Under the pieces are notes generated by a model. It saw only the letters and a list, made by a program, of their open reading frames with translations, searched no databases and was not told where the DNA came from. Both the position numbers and the translations under genes were made by a program. Shown here one piece after another: positions 1 to 13,266 of a stretch of DNA of 64,000 nucleotides. This DNA comes from Carcharhinus amblyrhynchos (lineage: Eukaryota), in NCBI GenBank assembly GCA_965287045.1, contig OZ336895.1, forward strand, positions 35,526,001 to 35,590,000, given 5' to 3'. Within the stretch, counting starts at the first letter, position 1. Each line of letters starts with the position of its first letter.

Positions 1-64
1 ATAGCAGGATACATTTCAATATTAACAACAACTATTTGCTTTAAGATGCTACACAAGATTAACA

Positions 65-243
65 TTTCACACAAGGGTAGTGGAAAACAAACAAATTGAA
101 ATTTCAAGACCGAAACTGATAAACATTTTGTTAGATAAGGGTTATAGGGTTATGGAGCCAAGGTGAATAGAAGGCTGATCAGCCATGATCTAATTTGATT
201 GCAAAACGTGTTTGAGAAAATGAATAGCCTTTGCTTGTTCCTT
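65..243 (+). mobile_element. CR1/HER1 LINE 3' end, decayed
   Basis: cacacaagggtagtggaa...atcagccatgatctaatt... resembles the CR1 3' ends seen elsewhere in the window. Confidence 0.6.
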
Positions 244-1486
244 TTTCCCCTCGTCATCAAATAACTACAATTTTATTAATTTATTTGCTGTGCAGAATTT
301 CACAGAGTTGTGTTATATATATTACCACAAATAGACTGAATCATTAGGAAAAGGCAGTTAATTTAAAGCTTGGTGATTAAATTTATCCACATGTATCTGC
401 TGCAGGGTAAAGTGGCTGACTGACAGCAAGAAACGCTTTTCCCAGCACTGTACCCCCATCATGATGAGAGATCTAATTTATTCTCAGCCCGCCATCTCAG
501 TGTAGTAATGAGGGGGGCATTTAGATGTAAAAGACATCCTGAAGACAGGAAAGCAGGACCAGGTGAGTTGCTCCTGAAGAAAGCCAGTGTGGACATGATG
601 GGCTGAACGGCCTCTGCTGTAATCATGTTATTCCCTAATTTTATGAAAAGTACCATCTTATACACAATATACTTTCAAACAGTAAGGCTAAATTTTATCT
701 CACACTACCACACAAATTTTTGTGAAGTTCCAATGCTCTTTAACTGAAGGAGTTAAACCATTTAAAATAAATATTTTTATGAAAATAATCAATATTGTAC
801 AATATGATTTCACTCCATAAGTCTGTGTTTTGACGCAATTCAAAATTTTACATTTTATTTTAATGAGACCAGTTTACTTTTTTTAAAATCAGATTCCACA
901 CAGATAGCAGAGTAAGGTTGCTGGATAGAGATCAGAAGCAGGATCAGAGGCTAATTTTCCTTCCCTTAACTAGGGGTGGTAAAGACAGTTGTGGCTTTGG
1001 ATGAGAGATTAATGCAACACAGACTGCCGATTGAGTAATTGACCTTCCTGGTCTGCATGGCTCAATGATAGGCAGTGTTTTCATGAAAAAAGTGTTAGCC
1101 AAACCTTTTGGGCTGTTCACAAACATTATAGCTTATGGAAACTGTATCCTAACAAGTGTAATACTATTCAAAAATGACACAAGTATCGTCTATCATTTAA
1201 AACAACCTGCTGCATAAATATAGCTTAACAAAAGTAGTAACCATTTTAAACTGTTCGCATTGCAATATTGCGCACGATACAGCGATGATGCTGCTTTCCA
1301 AGGGCTTAGCACTAAAAATGACCTAATAGTTAAAGTCTATCCACTACTGAAGGTACAAGGTACTAATATGTCTCTCGATCAAGTGACAAGAGAACAACCT
1401 ATTTATCACCAATTCAACAACATGCGGATCAATATAACTTTCAAGAACTGTTAGAATTTATTTCTCAAACAGGAGTTGCTCTTTAC

Positions 1487-1542
1487 CTTTTGTCAGTGGT
1501 GCCTTTTAGTGCCCCACCTCTTAAATTGCACAAACAGCAATC
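1487..1542 (-). CDS. KDM4B: KDM4B internal coding exon, 56 nt, phase 0 to phase 2; Zn-knuckle preceding PHD2 (not in the ORF track)
   Basis: Acceptor ttttctttcttatttcag|GAT and donor GACAAAAG|gtaaag. Translation DCCLCNLRGGALKGTTDK(R), compared with recalled human ECCLCNLRGGALQMTTDRR. Confidence 0.95.
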
Positions 1543-2279
1543 CTGAAATAAGAAAGAAAACATCAAAGTTAAGAAACGGCAATTAAAAATTAACAGACCG
1601 ATTTCAAACTAAGTTCACAGGATAGACCCTAAAACAAAGAAATAAAATGATTCAATCTTTCATTTAAAACTAAATAGATTGACTATTACTTCTTGTGTGT
1701 ACAGCATTGCTTAAAGTAGGCAGATAAGACAAGACCAACCTCATTCGGCATAAGAAAAAGCAATTTAGAGACACCAAACTCTTCACCATTTGGAGAATCC
1801 AAAAATTCGCCACCAAAAATTTGGTGACTCCAAGATTCTGCATAGCATTTACCAATTCATCTCCTGAAACAATGAAATTACATCCCATTTCCAGTCAGTG
1901 TTCCCAGGCAGGTTAAATTGGAGCATTTTCTTCTCAAGTCACTAGATACAATGGGTAAAAAAAATACCTCCAGCACAGATGCTGTCTCTTGACTCATTGC
2001 TGTGTACCAAATTTATGTTCTCAATTATTCAAATATAGTGTTTAATTTGGCAGATAAGAACGCATGGCAAAACAAGATCATCTTATTTCAGATCATCAGC
2101 AGTATTTTGCATTTTATCACCTTTCACATCTTCAGTGTTGACATCTTTTCTCAGCCTAACACAGCAAGATAAAATATATATACATTCATGAAGTGCTCTC
2201 CTCGAAAACTTCAAAAAAAATCAATAATGCAAAATAATCCAGCACAACAAAGCTTGTTTGCAATTTTGTCCTGTTATCG

Positions 2280-2643
2280 AATTCACGATGGAGCACGGGT
2301 GTCATTGTTGAGACTGCTCCTCAGTTCTGGTGTCAGCTATAGCAGGCCCAGGATACAGTGCCAGGCAGCAGAGAGATAAGAACAATGGTAGAGTTTTTTT
2401 ATTTTCACCTTCAGTTTAATGCCATACATACTGCTTCCAGACATGATCATGGAGTCAACTATTGGTAGAATTTGTTTCCTGGATGCGAGTAAAGATATCT
2501 TCATCAGTACTGACATCCGAGAAAGCATGCTACCAAGGTATGCCAATATTTCTGTAGCATTGAGAAAAATGCCATCAATGGTTTTGTTTGGTGTTTCATA
2601 GCTTGTGCCTGGTGAAACATAACTTTTGTCTTGGAGATACTGA
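2280..2643 (-). mobile_element. RTE-clade LINE reverse transcriptase fragment (3' part)
   Basis: Minus strand gives ISISKTKVM, IDGIFLNATEILAYLGSMLS and GIKLKVKIKKLY, which are RTE RT motifs; frameshifted. Confidence 0.7.
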
Positions 2644-3659
2644 TTTGGAAATGCTAATTCCACACGAACCAAACCCCAAAGGGAAACTTGGGCAATGCAT
2701 TAGAAGCCTTTTTTTGTATTCTGACAACAACAAAGGTTTATTAAATTCAAAAGACACAAATTCCATTCACATTTTTGGGACTTAAACATTTAATTAACAA
2801 AGAAAAAGAAAATGTAAGCACACAAGATTATACCTACACAGTTAAAATTAGTCTCTCAAAACGTTCCCTTTTGGTTAGGCTCACATGTAAATCCCTTCAG
2901 GCAATAGTGCTTTAAAGATATTTAACTATAAATATTCAGAAATATTACAAGGCAAACTCACTGTTACTGTAGGAAAGGTATATCACAGGACTTCTCACTG
3001 GCTGCCACTCTGCTTTGGAAATTCAAGAACTTCAAAACAAAGCCCTGCTTTCTGAAAAACAATACACTTTTATAGCTTGGCTGCAATTGCTGCTAAACTT
3101 TGCGTTTTCACTGTTCTTCTCCCAACACAGAGCAACAACTCAAGAGGTCTCAGAATAGTAGCAATATCTCTCCTTATAAACCCTTTTTGCCTTTCAAATT
3201 CAATTCCATTATCCTGAGAATTTTGAACTTGACTTTCCGAAAATATAAAAATATTTCATGTTCTCCTTATTGCCTGACTTTCGGATTGAATAAATTTTAA
3301 CAATCTTGCTTTGTTTCCTTGTGAAACTTTATAAGCTTTTTGCTTGTAAAAAGCTTTTTGCCGTTCTTAATGGCCTTTTCACTTCCCTTTGAAATTCAGC
3401 AGCTGAAGAAAACAAACCTTTACTCAGCTCCTAATGCTATTTTGTAAATGCACTGCCCATCTACTTGCAGCAAACTCCCCGGGCCATACTTACATCAAAT
3501 GCACACCTTTAACACCTACGCTCCTATGATGCTCTAAACCTTGCAGCCAATCAGTGTTCAGTTTAATTGAATTATTTTCACAAATACACTGAAGCCTACT
3601 TCGCAGAATAACACAGGTAGATCCCAGAAATATTAACTATATTAACATCTATCATGACG
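2644..3659 (-). mobile_element. Solo-LTR-like insertion (~1.0 kb) splitting the RTE fragment
   Basis: RTE coding resumes on both sides. Minus-strand start (c)GTCATGA, internal AATAAA on minus, flanks CTGA (2640-2643) and GTGA (3660-3663) form an imperfect 4-bp TSD. Confidence 0.55.
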
Positions 3660-4130
3660 GTGATGGAAGATTTTGGCAAAAATCGAGAATGTATTTGCTG
3701 CAGTCTGGATGTTTACCTTGTGGGTAGCCAGGCACAATGTTCTCCATAGAGATGTTTTCTGATGACTAGCTACGTGACTTTGGTGGAGGTGCACATTCTG
3801 GGAAGACTCATGAGCTTCTTTGAACGAAATTTAATGTTGATGCTGCAGGCATGTCATTGGTGACTTCTTTAAGCATTGCAGCAAGAGTTTGGGGATCCAT
3901 GACACATCTTTGATTCATACCACCGGCTGCTGCAAAGGTACTGGACACCACAGGCACAAATACCTGTGACCATGGCATTGTATAGCAGACAAACCTGTGC
4001 AGGGATCCAAGCTTGGAGAGCATGTGCCACAGACTAGGGTGACTCTCATTGTCAAATGCTTTAGTTATGGCTCTGAACAGCATATGTAGATCCTAATATT
4101 CCTCCTTGAAAAGCATTTGTACTTGCTGCA
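3660..4130 (-). mobile_element. RTE-clade LINE reverse transcriptase fragment (5' part)
   Basis: MLFRAITKAFDNESHPSLWHMLSKLGS resembles RTE FxDLTKAFDxVxRxxLWxxLxKLGC; degenerate YADD region (LYGEHCA). Confidence 0.7.
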
Positions 4131-4199
4131 AATGCTTATTGGCTGTCTTAATGGTTTGCCTTAAAAGATATTGAACTCAGGAGAAAAGTCATCCACCAG

Positions 4200-4790
4200 G
4201 CAGTCTAGACAGTTTAATGGAATGCCAAACATCTAAAAGCAGGTGCAATACATGTAGAAAGGGAACAGCAATCCCACAACCAACAGGCCACATCAAAGCT
4301 CTATAATCCTGCCACATCCACTCGTTATTGGTTGTGGACTATTAAACAACAAGCAGGAGAAGGCTCCATAAATATCCTCATAAAAAGATCGGTGGACTCC
4401 AGTAGGTGGTCAGATCAAAGGATCAGGTTGAACCATGTGCAACCATCGTCGGCCAGAAGTGCCATGTGGACGATCATCTTCCTGAGCTTTCCTAGCATTC
4501 AGATGCCAGTTTTTAGACAATTCAATTTGTTCCACACGTAATCAAGAAATTACACAGTAAAGGTTTTGGTTCCCAGCAGCAACTTAGCAGTAATGCTGTG
4601 CCCCTAGCCAAGTTGTTCCAATATAGTTGCAACACAGGCATCAATCAGCAATGTGGAAAATTGCCCAGGTATACTCTGTCCACAAAAAGGGCAAATCCAA
4701 ACCAGCCAGTTGCGCCCCATCAATCTACTTTCAAACACGAAAGTGATAGGAAGTGTTGCCGACAATGCTATAAAGTGATGGTTATGGACA
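4200..4790 (+). mobile_element. CR1/L2-group LINE (second family), decayed ORF2 fragment
   Basis: Similar to 5200-5950 (caagctct...cacatc, atgtggaaaattgcccaggtat...cacaaaaag). Confidence 0.6.
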
Positions 4791-5139
4791 GGGACTTGGC
4801 TGAAACCCTTATGGCCTTTCCCTTACTGTCTGTGATCAATGTGTTTATGTAAAGGGAGGTAAGTATTTTGCTCAACCACAGAGTGTGTAGTTAATTCTTA
4901 AATCATCAGCAACAAGTTTTTGTCGGTTTAAATGCTGTATCTCACACACACACACACGAAAGAGTCATTGTGGGCCTTTTGAAGGCGGTTTGCTCTGAAA
5001 AAGTAAGCTAGGTGATGGCAGTCGTATACCAGTGCTATTGCAGATCCCACTCTACCATTACCACCAAGCCAGGGGATCAACCCTGGTTCAATGAAGAGTG
5101 CAGCAGAGTCAATCAGGACTAACACGAGACATATCTAAA

Positions 5140-6830
5140 AATGAACCTGGTGAGCCTACAATACAAGACCACTGTGTGCCACACTGCATAAGCAGCAAGT
5201 AACAGACAGAGCTAACCAACGGATCAGATCCAAGCTCTGTAGTCCTTCCACATCAAGTGGTCAATGATAGTGGAAAAGTAAAGAATTCACTGGAGGAGGT
5301 GCTTCCACAGATATCCCCATCCTCAAAAATGGAGGAGCCCCACACAACAATGGAGAAGATGAGGCTGAAGCATTCACAATATTCAGTCCATGTGCCACGT
5401 GGATGATCCATCCCTGCCTCTTCTGGAGATCATGATGTGGCGATGCTGACGTTGGACCGGGGTAAACACAGAAAGAAGTCTCTCAACGCCAGGTTAAAGA
5501 CCCAACAGGTTTATTTGGTAGCACAAGCCACTAGCTTTCACAGCGCTGCTCCTTCATCAGGTAAGTGGGAGTTCTGCTCACAAACATCAGTCTACCTGCT
5601 TGTGCTACCAAATAAACCTGTTGAATTTTAACCTGATGTTGAGAGAGTTCTTCTGGAGATCCCCAGCATTACAGATGCAATTTCAGCTAATCCAATTCAC
5701 CCAATGAAATATTAAAAGACTAATGGTACTGGATACTGCAAAGGCTACATATATTATATATAATACAGACACACATACTCCAGCAATACTCCCTGAAGAT
5801 CTGTGCTCAGGAACTTGCTACAACACATCATCTACCTGGAAATGTGGAAAATTATCCCGATATGTCCTGTACACAAAAAGCAGGACAAATTTTAGCTGGC
5901 TAATTACTGTCCAGTCAGTCTACTCTGATCATCAGCAAAAAGATGGAAGGGGGCATCGCATCAACAGTGCTTTCAAGTGGAACTGGCTTCACAATGACCT
6001 GCTCACTGCGCTCAGTTTGGTTTCCACCAGGGCCACTCGGCTCTTGACCTCCTTACAGCCTTGGTACAAACATGGACACAAGAGCTGAATGTCAGAGCTG
6101 AAGTGAGAATGACTTTCTTTGACAATAAGCTGGCACTGCATCAAAGAGCTCAAGCAAAACAGAGTCATTGAGATTCAGGGGACAATTCTCCACTGCTTGG
6201 ACTCATTCCTAACACAAAGGGAGATGGCTGTGGTGGTTGGAGATCAATCATCCCTATTCCAAGACATCCCTGCAGGAGTGCTACAGGGTAGTGTCCTAGG
6301 CAGATCGACCTTTCAGCTGCTTCATTGATGACTGTCCTTCCATTATAAGGTCAGAAGTGAGGATGTTCGTTGATGACTACATAATGTTCAGGCACCATTC
6401 ACAACACTTCAAGTACTGAAACAGTCCATGTCCAAATGCAACAAGATCCAGGTAATATCCATGCTCAGGCTGACAAGTGACAAGCGACAAGCAACATTCG
6501 TGCTTCACAAATCCCAGGCAATAACCGTCTCCACCAAGAGAGAATCTAACCACGTTCCCTTGACATTCAATGGAATTATCAATCTCCCACTAACAATATC
6601 TTGGGAGTTACCAATGACCAGAAACTGAACTGGACAAGCCATATAAATACTGAGACTCAGGGGCTATGAATCCTGTGGCGAGTAAGTCATCTCCTGACTC
6701 CTCAAAGCCTATCCACCATCTACAGTGCAGGTGTCAAGAGCTCACCATCAACTTCTTAAGGGCAATTAGAGATGGACAATAAATGCTGCCCTAGCCAGTG
6801 AAGCCCAGATCCTGTATACAGATATAAAAA
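5140..6830 (+). mobile_element. CR1/L2-group LINE (second family), RT region through 3' end
   Basis: RT motifs QFGFHQGHS, LDSFLTQREMAVVVGDQSS, GVLQGSVLG, MFVDD; 3' tail ggacaataaatgctgccctagccagtgaagcccagatcc followed by an A-rich end. Confidence 0.85.
5432..5648 (-). mobile_element. Penelope-like hairpin insertion with minimal hammerhead core and 13-bp TSD
   Basis: Inverted arms at 5473-5528 and 5598-5652; TCTTCTGGAGATC repeated at 5419-5431 and 5649-5661; minus strand CTGATGA...GAAAGCTA in the loop. Confidence 0.75.
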
Positions 6831-7199
6831 TAAAATCACTCTTACTTTAAATTTCAAGCTTAGAGACACAAAGTCTGGAAGACCATTCAATTTCAGTTTT
6901 GGGTAAATCACAGAGAATAGCAGACATAAATTTCATAAATGAGTTCCATCTGGATATCTCAATTCAAGGGGGCAGCCTCCACTCATGGTTATTCAATTAT
7001 AATTTTTGAAGACTCTTGAGCAGACATTGAAAATGTAACCTGACCATCAGCAGCCAATTTAATTGTCTGGTTAACATCTGCTAAATAAACTGCAGTTCCA
7101 GAAAACTATATACTGAATGCAATCCAAGACACCGGGCGTGACACTGAACAATAACCTGCTCAATGATTAGTTTGCCAGAACCACTTGACCAGCGGATCT

Positions 7200-7730
7200 T
7201 AATGCCGCTTGGTGCAAACATGCATGATTCTGGAAGTGAAGTGAGAATGACTGCCCTTCATATTATAATAACATTTAACTGTGTAGCTTCAAGAAGCCCC
7301 ATCAAAACTGAAGTCAAGGGATATGAGGAGAAACATTCCATTGTGCTAGGCATGACTCCAACCAAAGGAAAATGGGTGTTATTGTTGGAGGCTACTCATC
7401 TCAGCCCCAAGATATCACAACAGGAGTTTCTCAGGGCAGTGCCCAAGGTCCAACCATCATAAACTGCCCTTGTTTCATCAAAACTGGAGATGGTTGCTGA
7501 TGATTACATAATTCTCAATCCCATTCGTAACTCCTCAGATAATGAAGCAGGGCATGTCGAATAGCAAAGATTTCTATACTTATCTTAAAAGAAAAAGAGT
7601 AAGTGAAGTGAGCATTCATCCTCTGGCAACAGTCAGGATTGAGTTGACAACACTCGAGCCACACAGGTGCCAGATAATAACCAACAAGGGAGAATCTAAC
7701 CATCTTCCCTTTGTTATTCAACAGCATTAC
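7200..7730 (+). mobile_element. CR1/L2-group LINE (second family), decayed RT fragment
   Basis: EVRMTAL..., caggagtttctcagggcagtgccc and agaatctaaccatcttccctt parallel 6060-6560. Confidence 0.65.
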
Positions 7731-7764
7731 CAACATCAAATCCCTAGTCAGCAACATTGTGTTT

Positions 7765-10720
7765 AGAATTCCACATTCCCATCTACTCTCAATAGCCTTT
7801 GATTCCTTTGCCCAACAAGAATCGACCTCCAACTTAAAAATATTCAATGACACCTGCCTCCATCACCTTCAAGTTCCCAAGTCACACAAACCTCAGAAAA
7901 AAATCTCTCATCTCCGTTCTTAAAGGGTAACCTTAATTTAAAACAGTGGTCTCTAGTTCCAGACTCACCCACAAGAGGACATTTTTTCCATGTCCATCTA
8001 ATACATGCACTCAGGATCTTATATACTTCAATCAAACATCCCTCACTCTTCTAAACTGCAATAGAAATAATTTTTCAGCAGGCAACCCACTAATTCCAGG
8101 TATCAAGCTGGTAAACCTCCTCTGACGCACCTCCAATGCACTTGCATTCTTCCTTAAATAAGACCAGAACCGCACACACTATTCAGATGTGGTGTAGCAA
8201 CGTCCTGTATAATTGAAGGATAGTTCAATGCCTCTTGTAATAAAGGATAGCATTCCATTTTCTTGCTTGACTACTTGCTGTATCTGCATACTAACTTCTG
8301 TGATTCTCACACTGGAATACTTAAATCTCTTCGCACCGCAGAATCTGCAGCCATTCTCCATTTTAGTTGGACTTTTATTCTTCCTGTCAAAGCGAACAAA
8401 CTCACATTTTCCCACATTATATTCCATCTGTTGGAATTGTACTCACTTACTCAACCATCTATATCCTTCTGCAAACTCAAGTCCTCTTCACACCATACTT
8501 TCCTACCTCGTTTTGTGTCATCTGCAAAATTATCTACCGTGCCTTTGCTTCCCTCATCTAAATCAATGACGAATTGCAAAAGGTTGAGATCCCAGCACAG
8601 ACCCCTGCGGTTCTACTCAGCTCATCCTGCCAATCAGAATAAGACCCATTTATGCATACTCTATTTCAGCCAGCCAGCCAATCTTCTATCCACACTAATG
8701 AGCATTTATTATCTGCAATAATTTGATGTAGCACCTTACCAAATGCCTTCTGGAAATCCAAAGACAGCAAGTCTACAGGCTCCCCTTTTTCCACAACGCA
8801 TGTTACTCCTTCAAAGGGCTCCAATAAATGGGTTAAACTCCATTTCCTTTTCATAAAACTAAGTTGCCTCTTCCCTATTACCTTGAAATACCCAGCTATA
8901 ACAAGCTTGATGCTCGATTCTACCACGTATCCCTTGATAGAAATAAAGCTAACAGCTCCATAGTTTCCCATCTTCCCTTCTTAAATCGAGGTGTTATATT
9001 AATTACTTCGAAGTCTGATGGAAACTTTCTAAAATTCAGTGGATTTTGGAAAATTAACACAAAGACATTTATTTCTTTCTTAGTCACGTCTTTTAAGATC
9101 CTAGAATGAGGACCCAGAGACTTGTCAGTCTACAGCTCCATCAGTTTGCTCAAAACCACTCTCCCCAGTGGCACGGTGGTTAGCACTGCTGCCTTGCAGC
9201 ACCAGGGATAAGGGTTTGACTCTGGCTCGGGTCACTGTCTGTATGGAGTTTTCACATTCTCCCTGTGTCTGTGTAGGTTTCCTCCGGGTGCTCTGGTTTC
9301 CTCCCACAGTCCAAGGATGTGTGGGTTAGGTGGATTGACCATTCTAAATTGCCCCTTAGTGTCAGGGGGACTAGCTAGGGTAAATGCATGGAGTTATGGG
9401 GATAGGGCCTAGATGGGATTGTGGAGTGTGCAAACTTGATGGGTGGAATGGCCTGCACTGTAGGATTCTATGACTGCAATTCCACAAGCCTTTGTCTCCT
9501 TTTCACCTCTTCATTTATAACTATTAATGGAATGCTGTTTGTATTCTCCATCATGAGGACTGAAGCAAAACATTTGTTTTTTTTCCATTAATCGTTTCCT
9601 TATTATCTACAATTAGTTCCTCATTGCCAGAGGACCAACACTCACTTTACTTACTCTTTTCCTTTCAAAATACCAATATAAATCTTTGCTATCCATTTTT
9701 ACATTTCTAGCTAGCTTCCACTTGTACTCTTATTTTCTTTCTCGATTAACCTTTTAGTCATTCTCTGCTGTTCTTTATAGTCTAACCAATCACCTAACCT
9801 GCCATTCATCTTTACAAAGTTTGATGTTTTCCTTGGCTTCTATCATTAACCATAGATGGTAGAGCCTCTCCCTTGGCATGTTTCTTGATCATAGGAATAT
9901 ACATTCTGCATATGCCAAAATATTCCCTTAAATGTCTGCCATTGTTGCTCTATTAACCTGCCCTCTAGCCTAATATCTCAGTTCACTTCAGCTTCCATGC
10001 CCACACAGTTGTCATTATTTCAGCTTAAAATCATAGTCTTAGACCCATTCTTCTCCCTTTCAAACTGGACGTAAAATTTAATCATATTGTGGTTGCTGTC
10101 TCCTAGGGGTGTCTTTACTCTCAGGTCATTGTTAATCTTGTCACATTACACAATATCAAGTCCAATATAACCTGCTCTCTGGTTGGTTCCAGGATGTGCT
10201 ACTCTTAAAAAAAAACTCTCTCAAAAGCATTCTATGAACTCCTCATCCAGGCTACTATTACCATTCTGATTTTTCCAGTTTGTATGTAGCTTAAAATCAC
10301 CCATGATTATTGCCATTTCTTTGTCACAAGTACCCAATATTTCTTCTTGTCTACTTCTTCCTATGTTGTGCTTATTGTTAGGGTGCCAGGAGACCACTCC
10401 CACTAGTGGCACCTTTCTCCTACTGTTCCTCATCTCCAATCAAACAAATTCTACATCCTGACCTCCTAAACCAAGGTCATCTCTATCCATTGTACCAATG
10501 CCATCCTTAATCAACAGTGCTACTCTCCCTTCACCTTTACCTAGCTCCCTGTTTCTTCCTGAAATATTCATGACCCAATATTTGTCATCCTGTAGCTATG
10601 CCTCCATAATAGTTATCAGATCATGTTTTTTTTACTTCAATTTGCTATCAATCTGTTTACTTTGCTGTGAATACTACTCACATTCAGATGCAGAGCCTTT
10701 AGTCTTGTTATCTTTATAAC
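7765..10720 (-). mobile_element. CR1/HER1 LINE, long decayed ORF2 (endonuclease, RT, 3' end)
   Basis: ORF pieces MGDFKLHTNWKNQ...DEEFIECF (APE), LDFQKAFGKV, MEYNVGKCE, MIEVYKIL; many frameshifts; interrupted by an HE1 SINE. Confidence 0.9.
9166..9473 (+). mobile_element. HE1-type tRNA-derived SINE inserted in a CR1
   Basis: Head gtggcacggtggttagcactgctgcc...ggtttgactct, central ggtttcctccgggtgctctggtttcctcccacagtccaa, CR1-like tail gtaggattctatga. Confidence 0.9.
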
Positions 10721-10964
10721 ATCATTGTGTCATTCTGAAGTCTTGGAAGACACATTATCTGCCAATTATTTTGCAAACATTAAAATCCAAAATCTGACAA
10801 CTACTCAGACGAAAGGTTTATAGGGCAATTCTTAACAAAACTGAACTTTTGAAACTGAATGTTCTTTTCAATTTTTACACATTTTTCTTCAACAATGACA
10901 GGAAAAGAGCAAGATGAATAAAGGAAAATTCTTCTTTTAGTGCTTATCATATTCATCAAGACAT

Positions 10965-11635
10965 TGGCCATGATTGTATTGGCTCACCATGCCCATCAAT
11001 GGGCAGAGTGAGCCAGTAAAATGGCGCATGAGCTGAGAAATCTCACCGGTACTGGATATCCAGCATGATCAGCCTCTAGCACATTTACAGTAAGAGGCTG
11101 AATAACTTAAATGTACTCAAAACTTATATTACACTTATTTAATGAACCTGGGACATAATCATCTGGGTTCACTTGCCGGGATGAGGTGGTCCAATTGGAG
11201 ATTGGGGGGGGTGTGTGTGTGCGCAATATTTCCAGGTGGTGTGGGACACACGATCAGCTGTGAGTTTTCATGATAGCTGGAGCAGGGGGCATCTACAATA
11301 GCTTTGGTGGGGGGGGGGGGGGGGGCAGAGCTGGGTCAAGGCTGGCTGCAGCAGCAGAGGCCTGACAAGTCTCTCTCAAAGCTGTCAAGCCTCTGCTGTT
11401 GCAATTGCGCATCTGCAGCCATAGAAGTCTGCACATGTTTAAATAGCTTCTTCTGCTGCTATAGCAAGCTGGCTGGCTACTTAAGTCCTGCCCACTTCCC
11501 CTACAGGTGAGGAACGGTTTAGACTTTTTTTTAAATGCACTAAGTGCATAAATTTGGAGTTTGGAGGCGCCCAAAAAAAGGGTGAGAAGCCTTTCTGTTT
11601 TCCCACCCATCCTGATTTTGGAATATTTTTGGCCC
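10965..11635. mobile_element. Probable non-autonomous Harbinger-like DNA element (degenerate TIRs)
   Basis: GC-richer segment bounded by tggccatgatt... and ...atttttggccc; similar architecture to 50722-51354; TIR match is weak. Confidence 0.35.
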
Positions 11636-11956
11636 CTTTGTCTATGATTTACTCTTTATTGAAAGCAGCAACACAACTTTGAGGGTATATTGATAGAATT
11701 ACCACTGAAGACAGTCTGTTATATAACATGATTAAAAACAATCCTGTAACTTGTGGCACAGCTTGAAGTCTATCTGGAAAGAAGGTATTCTAGGTCTCTA
11801 TTTCAAATACTGTCAAAGACCGCAAGTAAAACTGGTTAGACAAGTTCTAATCATTTTTATATTGAGACACCAAAATAAAAGATGGCCATCATTCAGAATT
11901 AATTAAGCCCTCAAGCTAAGCAAAATGATGGACAGGGTAGGAAACTGAAGTGGCAC

Positions 11957-13266
11957 CATAGAACAGTACAACACAGTACAGGCCCTTTGGCCCTCGATGT
12001 TGTGCCAAGCTATGTCCGAAAACAAGATCAAGCTATCCCACTTCCTATCATTCTGATGTGGTCCATGTGCCCATCCAACAACTGCTTGAAAGTTCCTAAA
12101 GTGTCTGACTCCACTATCGCAGCAGGCAGTGCATTCCACACCCCAACCACTCTGGGTAAAGAACCTACCTCGAACATCCCTCCTATACCTCCCACCATGA
12201 ACCTTATAGTTATGCCCCCTAGTAACAGCTACATCTACCCAAGGAAATAGTCTCTGCACGTCCATTCTATCTATCCCCCTCATCATCTTATAAACCTCTA
12301 TTAAGTCACCTCTCATCCTCCTCTGCTCTAAAGAGGAAAGCCCCAGCTCCCTCAGCCTTTCCTCACAAGACTTATCCTCCAAACTAGGCAGCATCCTGGT
12401 AAATCTCCTCTGCACTCACTCCAATGCTTCCACATCCTTCTTATAGTGAGGTGACCAGAACTGCACACAATATTCCAATATTCCTGTATAGTTGCAGCAT
12501 AACCCCACAGCTCTTAAACTCAAACCCCTGTTAATAAACGCTAACACACTATAAGCATTCTTCACGGCTCGATCCACTTGAATGGCAACCTTCAGAGATC
12601 TGTGGATATGAATCCCAAGGTGTCTCTGTTCCTCCACATTCGTCAGAACTCTGCCATTAACCCTGTAATCCACATTCAAGTTTGTCCTACCAAAATGAAT
12701 CACCTCGCACTGATCAGGGTTAAACGCCATCTGCCACTTTTCTGCCCAGGTCTGCATCCTATCAATGTCTCTTGGCAGCCTACAAGAGCCATCCATCTCA
12801 TCCACTACTCCACCAATCTTGGTGTCATCAGCAAATTTACTAACCCACCCTTCAGTCCCCTCTTCCAAGTCATTGATAAAAATCACAAATAGAAGAGGAC
12901 CCAGCACTGATCCCTGTGGTACACCGCTGGTAACTGGCCTGAAAATTCTCCCTCCACCACCACCCTCTGTCTTCTGTAAGACGGCCAGTTACTTATCCAA
13001 TCGGCCAAATTTCCTTCTATCCCACACCTCCTTACTTTCTTCATGAGTCTACCATGGGGAAATTTATCAAGCGCCTTACTAAAATCCACGTATAGGACAT
13101 CAACTACTCTACCTTCGTCTACACGCTTAGTTACCTCCTTAAAGAATTCAATCAAATTACCGAGGCAGGACTTGCCCCTCACGAAACCATGCTGACTATC
13201 CCGGGTTAAGCTGCATCTTTCCAAATGTCATAAATCCTATCTCTCAAGACCCTTTCCATTAACTTA
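11957..13266 (-). mobile_element. CR1/HER1 LINE, 5'-truncated, relatively young (RT and 3' UTR)
   Basis: Three frameshifted ORFs: QHGFVRGKSCL...YVDFSKALDK, LGPLLFVIFINDL...SKFADDTK, QRRFTRMLP...RGDLIEVYK; tail gtactgttctatg. Confidence 0.95.

Noticed and set aside
5555-5566. Perfect splice donor CAG|GTAAGT on plus
   Set aside because: Antisense to KDM4B, inside a repeat, with no associated exon evidence.
11305-11326. Poly-G/poly-C runs (also 24050-24086 and 46673-46699) as functional G-quadruplexes; poly-Pro/Gly ORFs
   Set aside because: Simple homopolymers within repeats, with unreliable lengths; the ORFs crossing them are spurious.
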